From: Cenarchaeum sp.
GTDB lineage: Archaea; Thermoproteota; Nitrososphaeria; Nitrososphaerales; Nitrosopumilaceae
Reading direction: 5' to 3'
Length of the DNA: 64,000 nucleotides
NCBI GenBank assembly: GCA_965206845.1
Contig: OZ242221.1
Coordinates: 992,001 to 1,056,000 of the forward strand
The position numbers and the translations under genes are program-made. This document shows positions 41,791-52,982 of the stretch, piece by piece. Numbering within the stretch: the stretch's first letter is position 1; the number at the start of each line of letters is the position of its first letter. The notes under the pieces are model-generated. The model worked only from the letters and a program-made list of their open reading frames with translations, had not been told where the DNA came from and did not search any database.

Positions 41791-43211
41791 GCTTCCTTCT
41801 CTGTTATGGACGAGAACGGCGCAAGGACGAGCTCCGTCCTTCCGTCCAGCCCGGGCTTGGCGTTTGCTCCCGCGACAGACACGATCTGGCCCGCCTTCAG
41901 GCCGGCTATGGGTCCTGCCAGGTTGCGCCATCCCTTTACCCAGATCTGGCCCGTGTCGTCCTCCACAAACATCTCTCCCAGCTGGACCACATCCCCTCTC
42001 TTTGTGGATATGTCCCGGATCTCCGGGCTCTTCAGGATTATGGCCTCGATGCAGTATATCCCGCCGGGCCCGATGTCGCTCACCTTGGTGCGCAGGTCGG
42101 ATTTGGTGGGAATTTCGGGGTCGTCCTCCTTTTTGCTCACGTAGGACGAGTCGTTGAGGGTAATCGCGCTTCCAAATGACTTTGAGGGCATGCACGCCAG
42201 CACGTCGCCCTCCCCAAACCCCTCGGTCTGCCGTGAGGTGTCCTTCATGGTGTACATGTTCTTCTGCGCGTCGACCCCCAGAATCATGCAGTTTCCGGCC
42301 TCGTTCCTGTTTGATGATATGATCCTGACCCGAACCTCCTTGATCTCCTCGGAGCCGTCCATCTTGATCTCGGTGCCCTCGTTTCCATGGATCTCTAACT
42401 GTCCGTACCTTCCGCTCTTTGCCAGTACCCCAACCAGCTGGGCCTGGGCGTTGGGCGGAACCGACTGCGGTATGCTGGACTCGTCCTTTCCCCACAGAAT
42501 TACCTGAACCGATTCCCCGCTTGCCCCCTTGAGCCTCATCTTAAGCGCCTTTCTGGGCTGCCCCTGCGGGCCTGAAAACTCCATGACCGTCAGCAGGTCG
42601 ACCGTTCCCTTTACCACCAGGTCCTTCTGTCCGTCCGCCACCCCGCTGACATCCACCGCGATTGCCCCTATGTCCGGGATGTCGCTGCTCTCGTGCAGCC
42701 GCTCCACTGACGAGCTGGAGCCGATGTTGATCGCGACCGTGCCGTTCAGGTCCGTCTTTGTGTACGCCTTTGTTATTCTGATCAGATCGCCCGGCTTGAG
42801 GTCGTTGAGTCCGGGCATGTTTGCCTTCTCGTCCCATATCTTTACGCTGGCGGTGGCGTCGCCGTCGTAGACTGCCATGGTCCTTAGCAGCAGCGACGAG
42901 CCGTCCTTTTTCGTGAGGTGCCGCGTGGGCGCCAAGCTGAGCATCTTGACCTTCAGCGAGATCTCGTTTGCCCCGGCAAAGAGATCCTTCAGGCCCACCT
43001 CGGCCTCAACGGGCCCGCCCAGGGGTATCCCAAGATCCGAGGCCACCAGAAAGACGGCCCCCTGGTCGGTGAGGTATCCCGCGCCGATCTTCTCCTTCTT
43101 TTGCCTGATCCGCTCGTCAAGCTCAGCGCGGGACAGATCCGGCCGCTGGCTGAGCAGATTTTTTATGAGTGACTCCAGTTCTGACAATTGTGATAGCTTG
43201 CGCCGATGCAT
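41787..43211 (-). CDS. rpa: Replication protein A / multi-OB-fold ssDNA-binding protein
   Basis: N-terminal GYLTDQGA helix domain followed by several OB folds; start approximate. Confidence 0.8.
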   Translation of the reverse strand: MHRRKLSQLSELESLIKNLLSQRPDLSRAELDERIRQKKEKIGAGYLTDQGAVFLVASDLGIPLGGPVEAEVGLKDLFAGANEISLKVKMLSLAPTRHLTKKDGSSLLLRTMAVYDGDATASVKIWDEKANMPGLNDLKPGDLIRITKAYTKTDLNGTVAINIGSSSSVERLHESSDIPDIGAIAVDVSGVADGQKDLVVKGTVDLLTVMEFSGPQGQPRKALKMRLKGASGESVQVILWGKDESSIPQSVPPNAQAQLVGVLAKSGRYGQLEIHGNEGTEIKMDGSEEIKEVRVRIISSNRNEAGNCMILGVDAQKNMYTMKDTSRQTEGFGEGDVLACMPSKSFGSAITLNDSSYVSKKEDDPEIPTKSDLRTKVSDIGPGGIYCIEAIILKSPEIRDISTKRGDVVQLGEMFVEDDTGQIWVKGWRNLAGPIAGLKAGQIVSVAGANAKPGLDGRTELVLAPFSSITEKEA

Positions 43212-43243
43212 TAATAAAATTTCACTTTGTTCAATAAGGATCC

Positions 43244-44188
43244 ATGCCCTTGTCTATCACGGCAAAATCACTCTCAAAGTCCTACGGATCGATAGCTGCC
43301 GTGGACGGGATTGACCTGTCGGTAAAGCAGGGCCACATCTTCGGGTTTCTGGGGCCCAACGGCGCCGGCAAGTCCACCACCATCAAGATGCTGACCACGC
43401 TGATCGCCCCCTCCTCGGGCAGCCTGCATGTCCTGGGAATCGATGCGCAAGCGGATCCCATGGGGATCAGGCGGAGGATAGGCGTGGTGCTGCAGCAGCC
43501 CAGCTACGAACCGTCGCTGTCAGTGGAACGGTCCCTTGACGTCTACGGGATGATGTGGGACGTTCCCAAGAAGGTTCGCCAGAAGAGGGTACCAGAACTG
43601 CTGGCCGAGTTTGGCCTGCAGGATCTCAAAAGAAGAAACATGGACGATCTCTCCATCGGCCAGCAGCGGAGGGTCCAGGTCGCCAGGGAGTTTATGCATG
43701 ATATGGACCTGCTCTTTCTTGACGAGCCCACCGTGGGACTGGATCCGCATGCCCGCCGCGACCTGCTTGAGTACCTGAAGGCCAAGGCCAGGGCCGGCCT
43801 GACGATCCTGTACACGACCCACGTGCTATCCGAGGCCGAGTACATCTGCGACGAGATCGCCATCATAAACAGGGGCAAGATAGTCGCTCTCAGCACCCCC
43901 GCCGAGCTGAAGAAGAAGTTTGGCAAGCAGAAGACCATGGTGATCCACCTCTCATATCCGGAGACGCGCCTGCCCCGGTTGCTCCTAGACGTGGCTGGCT
44001 GCAGGGTCGACCTTAACTCGGGCACCGATGTCACAATCTCCTCTGGCGATCCCGAGGAGACGTTGCTCCAGATCCTGGATATCCTGCACACGCACGACAT
44101 CTCCCTAGAGGAGCTGTCCGTGGAGTCGACCAGCCTGGAGGACATATTCCTGAAGGTAATAGGAGAGCCTGATGCACCAGCTTGCTAG
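43244..44188 (+). CDS. ABC transporter ATP-binding protein (DrrA-like)
   Basis: GPNGAGKST, LSIGQ, LDEPTVGLD. Confidence 0.92.
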   Translation: MPLSITAKSLSKSYGSIAAVDGIDLSVKQGHIFGFLGPNGAGKSTTIKMLTTLIAPSSGSLHVLGIDAQADPMGIRRRIGVVLQQPSYEPSLSVERSLDVYGMMWDVPKKVRQKRVPELLAEFGLQDLKRRNMDDLSIGQQRRVQVAREFMHDMDLLFLDEPTVGLDPHARRDLLEYLKAKARAGLTILYTTHVLSEAEYICDEIAIINRGKIVALSTPAELKKKFGKQKTMVIHLSYPETRLPRLLLDVAGCRVDLNSGTDVTISSGDPEETLLQILDILHTHDISLEELSVESTSLEDIFLKVIGEPDAPAC

Positions 44189-44933
44189 GCTCGTAGTCCG
44201 CAACCTCACGGTGTCCCTGAACCCGGGATTTCTGGTATGGCAGGTGATATTTCCCGTAATCTACATCTTTGTCGCGGGCTTTGCATACACGGCTCTCATA
44301 GACGACGTGCAGCTGGCAGGCATGTCGGTGGACTACCCGGCGTTTCTTGCCACGGGCATGATCGGCTTTACCATCATGAACAGCACCATGATCTCCGGCA
44401 TAATCATATGGAACGATCGCCGGAACGGGATGTTCGAGCAGATCCTGTCGGGGCCGTTCAACAGGACCCACTACATCCTCGGCAACGTGGTCACCATCGG
44501 AATCGTGGGGCTGGTGAGTGGGGGCCTCATACTGCTGGTGGGCCTGCCAGTCTTTTTCGAATCTGCCAGCTTTGACATTCTCACCTTCCCGCTGCTTGTC
44601 TTCTGCGCGGTCACCGGATCGCTGCTCTTTGGCTCCATCGCCTCGATCATCTCCACGCGCCTCAAGTCCAGCGAGGGGTTCAACGTGCTGCTCAATACGG
44701 TCTTTCTCTTCTTTGCGTTTGTAAGCACGGCGTTCTACCCTGCCGAGGGGGCCCCCGAACCGCTGGCCACCATATTCTACCTCAACCCGCTTACATACCT
44801 GGTGGATATAATCCGGGCCGGCATCTTCGGGATCATAACGGACACCACGTTGCTGGAGATGGCAGCCATATTGGTGGCCGCCCTGGCCCTCTTTGGCGTG
44901 GCCACCCGGCTTCTCACAAAACTCGACTTCTAG
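44172..44933 (+). CDS. ABC-2 type permease
   Basis: 6 TM, NPLTY motif. Confidence 0.9.
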   Translation: MHQLARLVVRNLTVSLNPGFLVWQVIFPVIYIFVAGFAYTALIDDVQLAGMSVDYPAFLATGMIGFTIMNSTMISGIIIWNDRRNGMFEQILSGPFNRTHYILGNVVTIGIVGLVSGGLILLVGLPVFFESASFDILTFPLLVFCAVTGSLLFGSIASIISTRLKSSEGFNVLLNTVFLFFAFVSTAFYPAEGAPEPLATIFYLNPLTYLVDIIRAGIFGIITDTTLLEMAAILVAALALFGVATRLLTKLDF

Positions 44934-45001
44934 CGGGCCGGGAGCGCAGCCGACCTGCTCGGCTGGGATGCGTCCGCGGACTCCCCTGCCATAAGGGATG
45001 A

Positions 45002-45074
45002 TAGCCCGGCCCAGATTCGAACTGGGGTCGAGGGCTCCAAAGGCCCCCATGCTTAACCTCTACACTACCGGGCT
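45002..45074 (-). tRNA. tRNA-Gln(TTG)
   Basis: AGCCCGG acceptor, anticodon arm GGGGC-CT-TTG-GA-GCCCT, GTTCGAATC. Confidence 0.93.
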
Positions 45075-45227
45075 TCTGAGCAAAAACACCGCTCTCCCTT
45101 AATGATATTTTCTATTTGGCCGCGCCCTCGGCACGGCCTGCGGCGCCCGTGCATTCCGCCCTGACCGATCAGGCGCGCAACCGGCCGGGATCCGGCGCCC
45201 CGTACGTCCGGGGGCCGCACCTCCTAA

Positions 45228-46151
45228 CTACTCCAGAGACAACAGGTCCATGGCCTGCTGCAGTGCGTCGAAGGGATCCTCCATCCGGGACACGATCCTC
45301 TCGGCCCGCCTCCTGTTTGATGTCCCCACCATCTCCCTTGCGGCGCAGGCTATGTCCCGGGGCCGGGTCTCGCGCCTTATCAGGCGTCTTCCTGTCAGGT
45401 ACTCCCCCACCGCATCCGGGGCCGTGCCATAGGAGATGACAGGCACCCCCAGAAGCGCCGCCCGGGCGACCATCTCCACATCCTCTGCGACAAATACCGA
45501 GGCTCCTTCGTATGGCGCCCAGGCAGTGTCCTGGCCGCCGGAGACCGTCAACATGTCGCGCGGGAACTCGTCTTGCAGCGCCTCGGTGGCGGCGGCGCCC
45601 TGCGGGGTTCCGGTGTCTGCCTGAACCACGACCGTCACTTCGTGTGGCGCCTTGGGGTCTGCCGCCTGCCGGGAGGCAAAGGCGGCGGCGATGCCACGGT
45701 ATGGGATCACGTCGGCTCCGCCGACCCCGTACCTAGTAAAGACCCCCTTGGGAATGATCCAGGGGATCAGCAGCTTTTGCACCAAGGGCACGACCATCCT
45801 CAGCGACCTCACCTCGCGCTCGCAAAACGAGACATGCCTCACCCCCAAGCCAAAGGCCATCCGGGCGGCCTCGACTGAGGCGCAGCTGACTGTCAGATCC
45901 GGCGCAAAGTCCCTCACAGTAGGAAACAGCGCCTTCATCCTCTCGGTGCTTGCCCGGAGCCACTCAAAGCGGTCCGTCCCGCCGCACCTGCCTGCGCTCT
46001 TCAGCCCGAGACTGCAGGCATCTCCCAGTGCGTCTATTCCGTCGTGCTCTGGTGATGTGCAGAGCACCTGGTGGTTTCTGCGCAGCCTGCCCGCTATGTG
46101 CTCAAAGAAGAGCAGCTGTCCGGGCGTCAGTATGTCGCACCATATCCTCAA
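45228..46151 (-). CDS. DUF354-family (glycosyltransferase-like) protein
   Basis: N-terminal IWCDILTPGQLLFF; EAARMAFGLG; AALLGVPVIS. Confidence 0.8.
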   Translation of the reverse strand: MRIWCDILTPGQLLFFEHIAGRLRRNHQVLCTSPEHDGIDALGDACSLGLKSAGRCGGTDRFEWLRASTERMKALFPTVRDFAPDLTVSCASVEAARMAFGLGVRHVSFCEREVRSLRMVVPLVQKLLIPWIIPKGVFTRYGVGGADVIPYRGIAAAFASRQAADPKAPHEVTVVVQADTGTPQGAAATEALQDEFPRDMLTVSGGQDTAWAPYEGASVFVAEDVEMVARAALLGVPVISYGTAPDAVGEYLTGRRLIRRETRPRDIACAAREMVGTSNRRRAERIVSRMEDPFDALQQAMDLLSLE

Positions 46152-46212
46152 GATGTCTCGGTAAAACCCGACACTCAATAAGTTTTTCTTAGTCGCGTTT
46201 GCTACATCTGTC

Positions 46213-47352
46213 ATGGCAGCAAAACACGTGGTGACCGTATACGGGCTCAGCACGGAGGGGTACGCCATGGCGCGCCAGATGGCAGCCGGAGGCGCCCGCG
46301 TCTACATCGTCGACGAGGCGACGTCATCGGCCATATCCCTCGAGTCTGAGATCGCCAGGACCTACCCCAACGTGCTGTCCCTGAGGGAGGACGAGCCGCT
46401 GCTGACAGTCGAGTCGACACAGGCGGCCATCTCAAAGTCCCAGTATCTCTTCTTTGCTCCCACGGTCAGAAAGACCGGCCAGGACATCAAGACCGAGATC
46501 CAGTCAAAGTTCAGGGATGCCATCACGCCCATGAAGAAGGGAGGCTCCGTGGTCAACCACCTGCCTGTCGGGTTTGGGGGCAGCGGCGAGGCCATCTCCC
46601 TGCTGGAGTACGTCACCGGGTTTGTGGTGGGCGAGTCCGTCTCGTACTACCACTATCCCATATCCGGCCAGAGGCGGCCAAATGTGATCGGCTCCTTTGA
46701 CGGGATGGAGGATGCCGTGCTGGCAGGACTGCTGGCAGACGACAGGCCGCAGAGGCCGTTTGTCAACCTCAACTCGTCAGAGTACCTTCACTCGATGGAC
46801 GTGCTCTCGCGGTTCTCAAGGACAAGCAGCACCATCGAGATCTGCAAGCTTGCCCGCGACAGCGCCACAATGGACTGCCTCCTGTCGACTGACCTGAAGG
46901 ACCTCTATCTTGACGATATGATAAGCGGGCTGTACGACCTGCGCTTTTTGGGGGCCTCCTTTGAGGGCGTGAGCACCATCATGTACCTTATCAACGGCGC
47001 CTCGAAGGGAATCGACGGGTACATCAAGCGCCTGGTGGATGTGGTAAAGGGCATACTCAAGAGGAACAACCTCAAGGCAAGCAGGGCCAAGCTGCTGCTG
47101 CTGTGGACCCTGGACCAGGACTGCATGATGGGCGACAAGATGGAGGTGCGCCAGAACCTTGCCTCCCGCCTGCGGGACTATGTCGGGGACATAAGCATGC
47201 AGAAGGCGGCCGACTTTGATCTGTTCCACAGCGACAAGACCACCATCGTGGTCTCCTGCACAAAGCCAGACTTTGAGAACGTCCTCAAGTACAGATCCGA
47301 GAGCAACCTGATACTTGTAAAGGCAAACCCGCTGTACGAGACCATACAATAA
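46213..47352 (+). CDS. Hypothetical protein, divergent nucleotide-sugar dehydrogenase-like
   Basis: Degenerate N-terminal Rossmann VYGLSTEGY; upstream of grpE. Confidence 0.65.
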   Translation: MAAKHVVTVYGLSTEGYAMARQMAAGGARVYIVDEATSSAISLESEIARTYPNVLSLREDEPLLTVESTQAAISKSQYLFFAPTVRKTGQDIKTEIQSKFRDAITPMKKGGSVVNHLPVGFGGSGEAISLLEYVTGFVVGESVSYYHYPISGQRRPNVIGSFDGMEDAVLAGLLADDRPQRPFVNLNSSEYLHSMDVLSRFSRTSSTIEICKLARDSATMDCLLSTDLKDLYLDDMISGLYDLRFLGASFEGVSTIMYLINGASKGIDGYIKRLVDVVKGILKRNNLKASRAKLLLLWTLDQDCMMGDKMEVRQNLASRLRDYVGDISMQKAADFDLFHSDKTTIVVSCTKPDFENVLKYRSESNLILVKANPLYETIQ

Positions 47353-47385
47353 AAATAAAATTAGCCCGGCGGCGCCCATGTAGTA

Positions 47386-47928
47386 TTGCCAGATGACATA
47401 CCCGACGAGGTTCCGGTGGAGATAAAAGGCACCCAGGAGACGGCTGCCGCAGAGCCCGATCCGGAGCCGCAGAATCCCGCGGCGCTCCTTGAGGAGGAGA
47501 GGCGCAGATCCGCACACTATGAGGACCAGTTCAAGAGGGCCTTGGCCGACTTCCAGAACTTGAGGCGCAAGATCCACGAGGACATCGAGAGCGAGGTCAG
47601 CCGCAGGTTTGACAGGTTCATGCTGGACCTGCTTGAGATCTTTGACGACTTTGAGAGGGCCCGGGACACATACAGGGAGAACCAAGCGGATACCTCGGGG
47701 CTTGACTCGATCATAAAGAACACCGGCGCGCTGCTCTCCAGGTACCGTGTCGTTCCCATACCTGCCGTTGGAATGCGGTTTGATCCAAACCTGCACGAGG
47801 CGGTATCCTTCTCTGATGATGCCGATGCCAAGGAGGATACGGTAACCAGGGAGCTCCGCAGGGGGTACACCTCCGGTGATAGGCTTATTAGACCGACGCT
47901 GGTAGAAATATCCAGAAAATCAGAATAA
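47386..47928 (+). CDS. grpE: Nucleotide exchange factor GrpE
   Basis: ADFQNLRRK, FDPNLHEAV, RGY...LIRP. Confidence 0.93.
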   Translation: MPDDIPDEVPVEIKGTQETAAAEPDPEPQNPAALLEEERRRSAHYEDQFKRALADFQNLRRKIHEDIESEVSRRFDRFMLDLLEIFDDFERARDTYRENQADTSGLDSIIKNTGALLSRYRVVPIPAVGMRFDPNLHEAVSFSDDADAKEDTVTRELRRGYTSGDRLIRPTLVEISRKSE

Positions 47929-47940
47929 TGTGATGTTAAA

Positions 47941-49827
47941 ATGGCTAAAGTAATTGGAATTGATCTTGGAACAAGCAATTCTGCGGCTGCAGTGATGATG
48001 GGGGGCAAGCCCACCATAATCCCTGCCGCCGAGGGGGCCACCGTGGGCGGCAAGGCGTTCCCGTCAGTGGTCGCGTTTGCAAAGAACGGCGATCTCCTGG
48101 TCGGCGAGCCCGCAAGAAGGCAGGCCGTCACCAACCCCAACAACACGATAGTCGCGGCCAAGCGAAAGATGGGCACCGATCACACCTTTGCCGTGGGGGA
48201 CAAGAGCTACAAGCCCCAGCAGATATCGGCCTTTATCCTGCAGAAGATAAAAAAAGACGCCGAGGCCTTTACGGGGGATGCGGTGGCCAAGGCCGTAATC
48301 ACGGTTCCCGCCTACTTTGATGACAACCAGAGGCAGGCCACAAAGGATGCCGGAACCATTGCCGGGCTGGATGTGGTGAGGATCATCAACGAGCCCACCG
48401 CCGCCTCGCTGGCGTTTGGCCTGGACAAGGCAAAGCAGGACATGAAGATTCTCGTCTTTGACTTTGGGGGCGGCACCTTGGACGTCACCATAATGGACAT
48501 GGGCGGCGGGGTCTTTGAGGTGATGAGCACGTCGGGGGACACGCAGCTTGGAGGCACCGACATGGACAAGACCATCATCGATTACGTTGCGGACGAGTTC
48601 AGGAAGAAGGAGGGGGTCGACCTAACCTCTGACAGCACGGCGATGACCCGGATTCGGGAGGCCGCAGAGAGGGCAAAGATCGAGCTGTCGACTGTCATGG
48701 AGACCGACATCAACCTTCCGTTCATCTCGCATGATCCCTCTGCGGGGCCAAAGAACCTGGAGCAGCGCATGAGCCGCGCAAAGCTGGAGGAGCTGATACG
48801 GCCTATAGTGGAGAAGACGCGCATCTCAATCGAGAAGGCGCTGGAGGACGCCAAGCTGACGACCGCGGACATATCCAAGATCGTGCTGGTCGGCGGTCCC
48901 ACCAGGATGCCGCTGGTAAAAAAATTCGTGGGGTCGGTCGTGAGCCGGGAGCCCGAGTCCGGCGTGGATCCCATGGAGGCAGTGGCTCTGGGCGCCGCCA
49001 TACAGGCGGGAATCATTGCCGGTGACGTGGCAAGCGACATAGTGCTGCTGGACGTAACCCCGCTCACGCTGGGAATCGAGACACTGGGGGGAGTCCGGGA
49101 GCCACTCATTGAGAGAAACACGACGATTCCGACCTCCAAGGGCAAGGTCTTTACCACCGCGGCAGACAACCAGACCGCGGTCACGATACACGTGGTGCAG
49201 GGGGAGCGGCCGATGGCTGCTGACAACGTGTCCCTGGGCAGCTTCAACCTCACAGACATACCGCCGGCGCCGCGCGGGGTGCCGCAGATCGAGGTCAAGT
49301 TTGACATCGACGCAAACGGGATAATCAACGTCACGGCAAAGGATCTAGGCACCCAGAAGGAGGCGAAGATCACAATCGAGTCCAGCACCAAACTCTCCGA
49401 GGGCGAGATCGAGAAGCTCAGGGAGGACGCAGAAAAGTTCGCAGAGGAGGACAAGAAGAAGAAGAAGGGCATTGATCTCAAGAACGAGGCGGAGAGCTTC
49501 ATCTACACCACCGAGAAGCTGATCAACCACGACCTGAAGGACAAGATCTCACAGGAGCAGGGAATCAAGATCACCGACACCATCAAGGAGGTGCGGGACG
49601 TGCTGGGCAGGGATCCGGATGTCCTGCGGCCGAAGCTGGACGCGCTAAAGGCGGCGGTAAACGAGATAACCACGGAGCTGTACAAGAACGTGCAGGCCCA
49701 GGCACAGCAGGATGCAGGAGCGGCCCAGCAGGAACCACAAGACGGCCCATCGCCACAGGAACCGCAAGACGATTCGTCGCCGCAGCAGGAACCTCCAAAA
49801 GATGACGCAACCAAATCCAACATATAA
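47941..49827 (+). CDS. dnaK: Chaperone DnaK
   Basis: [30 protein letters not shown]. Confidence 0.98.
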   Translation: MAKVIGIDLGTSNSAAAVMMGGKPTIIPAAEGATVGGKAFPSVVAFAKNGDLLVGEPARRQAVTNPNNTIVAAKRKMGTDHTFAVGDKSYKPQQISAFILQKIKKDAEAFTGDAVAKAVITVPAYFDDNQRQATKDAGTIAGLDVVRIINEPTAASLAFGLDKAKQDMKILVFDFGGGTLDVTIMDMGGGVFEVMSTSGDTQLGGTDMDKTIIDYVADEFRKKEGVDLTSDSTAMTRIREAAERAKIELSTVMETDINLPFISHDPSAGPKNLEQRMSRAKLEELIRPIVEKTRISIEKALEDAKLTTADISKIVLVGGPTRMPLVKKFVGSVVSREPESGVDPMEAVALGAAIQAGIIAGDVASDIVLLDVTPLTLGIETLGGVREPLIERNTTIPTSKGKVFTTAADNQTAVTIHVVQGERPMAADNVSLGSFNLTDIPPAPRGVPQIEVKFDIDANGIINVTAKDLGTQKEAKITIESSTKLSEGEIEKLREDAEKFAEEDKKKKKGIDLKNEAESFIYTTEKLINHDLKDKISQEQGIKITDTIKEVRDVLGRDPDVLRPKLDALKAAVNEITTELYKNVQAQAQQDAGAAQQEPQDGPSPQEPQDDSSPQQEPPKDDATKSNI

Positions 49828-49855
49828 CCATCCTTTGGGCAATACGTGGTAGCAC

Positions 49856-50938
49856 ATGAGCGCAAAAAGAGACTATTACGAGGTTCTGGGGGTGTCAAAG
49901 TCATCCCCTACTGATGAGATCAAGTCGCAGTACAGGAAGATGGCCCTCAAGTTCCACCCCGACAGGAACAAGTCAGCCGATGCCGTCGAGCACTTCAAGG
50001 AGATATCTGAGGCATATGCGGTCCTCTCAGACCCCGGCAAGAAGAAGCTGTACGACCAGTACGGGCACGAGGGGGTGGACGGCAAGTACAGCAGGGAGGA
50101 CATCTTCCAGGGCGCCAGGGGGAACTTTAGCGACGTGTTCGGTGATATGTTTGGCCAGCGCGGGGGATCCGGCGGCATATTCGACTCGATCTTCGGCGGG
50201 GGTTTTGGCGGGTTTGAGCGGCAGAGGGGAGAGGACCTGCTCTGCCACGTGTCCGTGTCCCTGGCAGATGTCCTGCGCGGCAAGCGGATCACGGTCGGCC
50301 TGAAGACGAACATGCCGTGCGTCACCTGCAGCGGCTCGGGGTGCTACCCGGGCACATCCAAGAGACGCTGCGACACATGCAGGGGAAACGGCCAGGTGAG
50401 GGTACAGAGGAACATGGGCTTTACGGCCTTTGTGACCGTGCAGCCGTGCAGCAGGTGCCGGGGGGCCGGGCACACGATCGAGAGACCCTGCAAGGACTGC
50501 AGGGGAAACGGGGTAAAGAAGGGAACAAAGCAGGTGAGCTTTGATCTGCCCCAGGGGGTAGACAACGGCGAGTACACTCTGCAGGGCCAGGGCGGCGCGA
50601 TGCCCGGAGGTACAAGCGGCAACCTTACGGTCAGGGTCAGGGTGGAGCCGCACCCGCACTTCAAGAGGGACGGCCGCGACATCTTTTACGACGAGAAGGT
50701 CTCCATTGTGGACGCCACGCTCGGCAAAGAGGTGGCGGTTCCCACGCTGGACGGCAGGGAGAGGATCAAGATCAAGTCCGGCAGCCAGCCCAACACGATC
50801 ATCAAGCTGTCGGGAAAGGGCGTCAGGCACATAAACGCCCGGGGCCGGGGAGACCAGTACGTGCGGCTCGTGGTGGAGATCCCAACCAGGCTGTCCAAGA
50901 ACCAGAAGCGCCTGCTTGAAGAGTTTGAGGGCGCCTGA
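49856..50938 (+). CDS. dnaJ: Chaperone DnaJ
   Basis: HPD motif, G/F region, four CxxCxGxG repeats. Confidence 0.97.
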   Translation: MSAKRDYYEVLGVSKSSPTDEIKSQYRKMALKFHPDRNKSADAVEHFKEISEAYAVLSDPGKKKLYDQYGHEGVDGKYSREDIFQGARGNFSDVFGDMFGQRGGSGGIFDSIFGGGFGGFERQRGEDLLCHVSVSLADVLRGKRITVGLKTNMPCVTCSGSGCYPGTSKRRCDTCRGNGQVRVQRNMGFTAFVTVQPCSRCRGAGHTIERPCKDCRGNGVKKGTKQVSFDLPQGVDNGEYTLQGQGGAMPGGTSGNLTVRVRVEPHPHFKRDGRDIFYDEKVSIVDATLGKEVAVPTLDGRERIKIKSGSQPNTIIKLSGKGVRHINARGRGDQYVRLVVEIPTRLSKNQKRLLEEFEGA

Positions 50939-50941
50939 ATT

Positions 50942-51133
50942 CTACGCCTTGACTGTGCGCATCACCAGCACGTGGCCGTCCCTGATGTGGCGGGCATGGC
51001 TGGCCTGGGTGACCTCCCACAGCCTGCTGTCGGTGTAGTACTTGGCGTTGTATGTGCCAAGGGCCTTGCGACAGTTGCTACAGTAGATCTCCATGTACGG
51101 CATTGTGTAAGTATCACGATCCCGTGCATCCAA
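50942..51133 (-). CDS. Small Zn-binding hypothetical protein
   Basis: YCSNC...HARHIRDGH; start uncertain. Confidence 0.6.
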   Translation of the reverse strand: MDARDRDTYTMPYMEIYCSNCRKALGTYNAKYYTDSRLWEVTQASHARHIRDGHVLVMRTVKA

Positions 51134-51231
51134 AAAAAGCTTGTGCGCGCCGGACGGAGGACGTGTGAGTGGCGGGGCTTGCGGGCACCGAACCGGGGGT
51201 CGTTATGGCCCGGACTGCAATATGGCCAAGG

Positions 51232-51534
51232 TCATACCATCCTTACGCGGTATACCGGCCGCCCGGCCGATTCGTCCTTGTCATATATCATTATGTGAAC
51301 CGCCCCTGCGTTCTGCTCTTCCAGTAGCGGGGCATATGCCTTTTTGTCGCTCGTCAACATGTCGCAACCGTTGGCCTTGCAGAACGATGCCAGCACCGAG
51401 TCGGAACTGCTTGCGTCTGGGTTTGGAGTTTCCCCGACATAGCGAATCTCGGAATAGTTCTCCTTGATCCGTGACTCGTTCCTCAAGGCCCATCCCTTTA
51501 GCTGGTAGTCTATCAGTACGCTGCCGCCCATCAA
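51232..51534 (-). CDS. Hypothetical protein, possible DUF5615/PIN-like fold
   Basis: LIDY..., SDS.LA.FC....DMLTSDK pattern. Confidence 0.5.
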   Translation of the reverse strand: MMGGSVLIDYQLKGWALRNESRIKENYSEIRYVGETPNPDASSSDSVLASFCKANGCDMLTSDKKAYAPLLEEQNAGAVHIMIYDKDESAGRPVYRVRMV

Positions 51535-51864
51535 GCTGCGTTGGTGCAGGCCGCTATTAGGTGTTGTGCGGAATTGACGCCAGCTTGATGTAGATGCACT
51601 GTCCTGCCAGGATGGGTATGCACATCACGCCGTCTGCAATTCTGTAGGCCTGGCTTTCCAGAACGATCCTGTCACTCTGCGTATGGGCATCCGGGATTTG
51701 GCCCCTCCTCTCCTGCCATCCTTGACTGCCTTGGCATGGCCAGGCTCAGGGGCATGGAAGGCCTGTCCCACACACTCGGACTGCACGACAGGCCTGTTCG
51801 GTCTTTTCAGGTTGGCCCGTTGCGCATGAATTATCATATATAGTCTAAAACCCGTACAGGGTGC

Positions 51865-52038
51865 ATGGATGCAAGGTGCCCAGAATGCGAAAGGGTGGCG
51901 GTACTTGACGACGAGATCACGCGGGTCCGGTGCCCCCACTGCGGCTTTGAGTCAGACTATGACGCATACATCGAGACCATGAAGGAGCAGGCAGTCAACA
52001 TGGCGACAGACTACATCCCGGACAGATCCGGGCTATAG
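51865..52038 (+). CDS. Small zinc-ribbon protein (57 aa)
   Basis: Below the ORF-track cutoff; MDARCPECERVAVLDDEITRVRCPHCGFESDYDAYIETMKEQA... Confidence 0.75.
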   Translation: MDARCPECERVAVLDDEITRVRCPHCGFESDYDAYIETMKEQAVNMATDYIPDRSGL

Positions 52039-52168
52039 TCGCCCAAAGGCCGCCCGTCGCAGTCCGGCCGGTTCCAGGCCCGCACGCCCGCAGACCGGGT
52101 GCTCATGCGCCCTTGGACATATCCGACACAACCTAAAATTGATTAATGGCAACCGGTCATTCCATGGC

Positions 52169-52447
52169 ATGGACAAGCAGCGCACACACCTGTTCGTATC
52201 CGGCCGTGTCCAGGGCGTGTTCTTCAGGCAGGCGCTCAAGGTAGTGGCAAGAAAGAACAAGGTGTGCGGCTGGGTCCGCAACCTCCGGGACGGCCGGGTG
52301 GAGGCGGTCATCGAGGGCGACGGCATGAGCGTCAGCTATGTGGTGGAATGGTGCCACGCCGGCCCGGCACACGCCAACGTTGACGATCTGAATATTAAAA
52401 ACGAAGAGTACACCGGCGAGTACTCAAACTTTGAAGTGCTGTACTAG
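52169..52447 (+). CDS. acyP: Acylphosphatase
   Basis: SGRVQGVFFR, GWVRNL.DGRVE. Confidence 0.93.
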   Translation: MDKQRTHLFVSGRVQGVFFRQALKVVARKNKVCGWVRNLRDGRVEAVIEGDGMSVSYVVEWCHAGPAHANVDDLNIKNEEYTGEYSNFEVLY

Positions 52448-52554
52448 GGCGAGGCCGCCCCGCCGTACCTGTGCAAGATCTGCCACACCGGCACAAGAAA
52501 CCGGCCCGGACACACACCCGTGCCCGAACCGGAGCGCCTGATCCCGTACCGGTA

Positions 52555-52869
52555 CTAGCGAATAGACGAAAACGCCGTCCGGATGAGCTCCTTGGCATCC
52601 TCCAGCTGCTGACCGCTTCGGATCTCCACCGTCGCCGCCGGCTCCCTTCTGTCCCTCTGGATCTTGAGCAGTATCGAATCCACAGTGGGCTCTGCATCGG
52701 CAAACCACCTAAAGGAGATGGACTTGCCCCACACCACGCGGTGCATGCGCACATCCTCCGTCACCCGTCCCTCCAGGGACAGGCAGTACTCCCTCAGCGC
52801 GTCAAAGTGATCCCGCACGCCGTGTGGAATCTGCTGCCTAAAGTCTTCGTAGCTGCGCCCACCGTACAT
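52555..52869 (-). CDS. Hypothetical protein (DUF5655-like)
   Basis: 104-aa ORF with typical composition. Confidence 0.6.
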   Translation of the reverse strand: MYGGRSYEDFRQQIPHGVRDHFDALREYCLSLEGRVTEDVRMHRVVWGKSISFRWFADAEPTVDSILLKIQRDRREPAATVEIRSGQQLEDAKELIRTAFSSIR

Positions 52870-52982
52870 TTTATCGCGCCTTTTGCGCCTGGCTATAAAA
52901 AACTACGCGCAGCCGCCCCAAATCATGGAGGATGGCAGCGTCTGACTCCCTCAGGCCAGGCCATCCCACACAGGAACAAAAA

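Noticed and set aside
49728-49800. Degenerate 27-bp repeats at the dnaK 3' end
   Set aside because: Ordinary low-complexity C-terminal tail.
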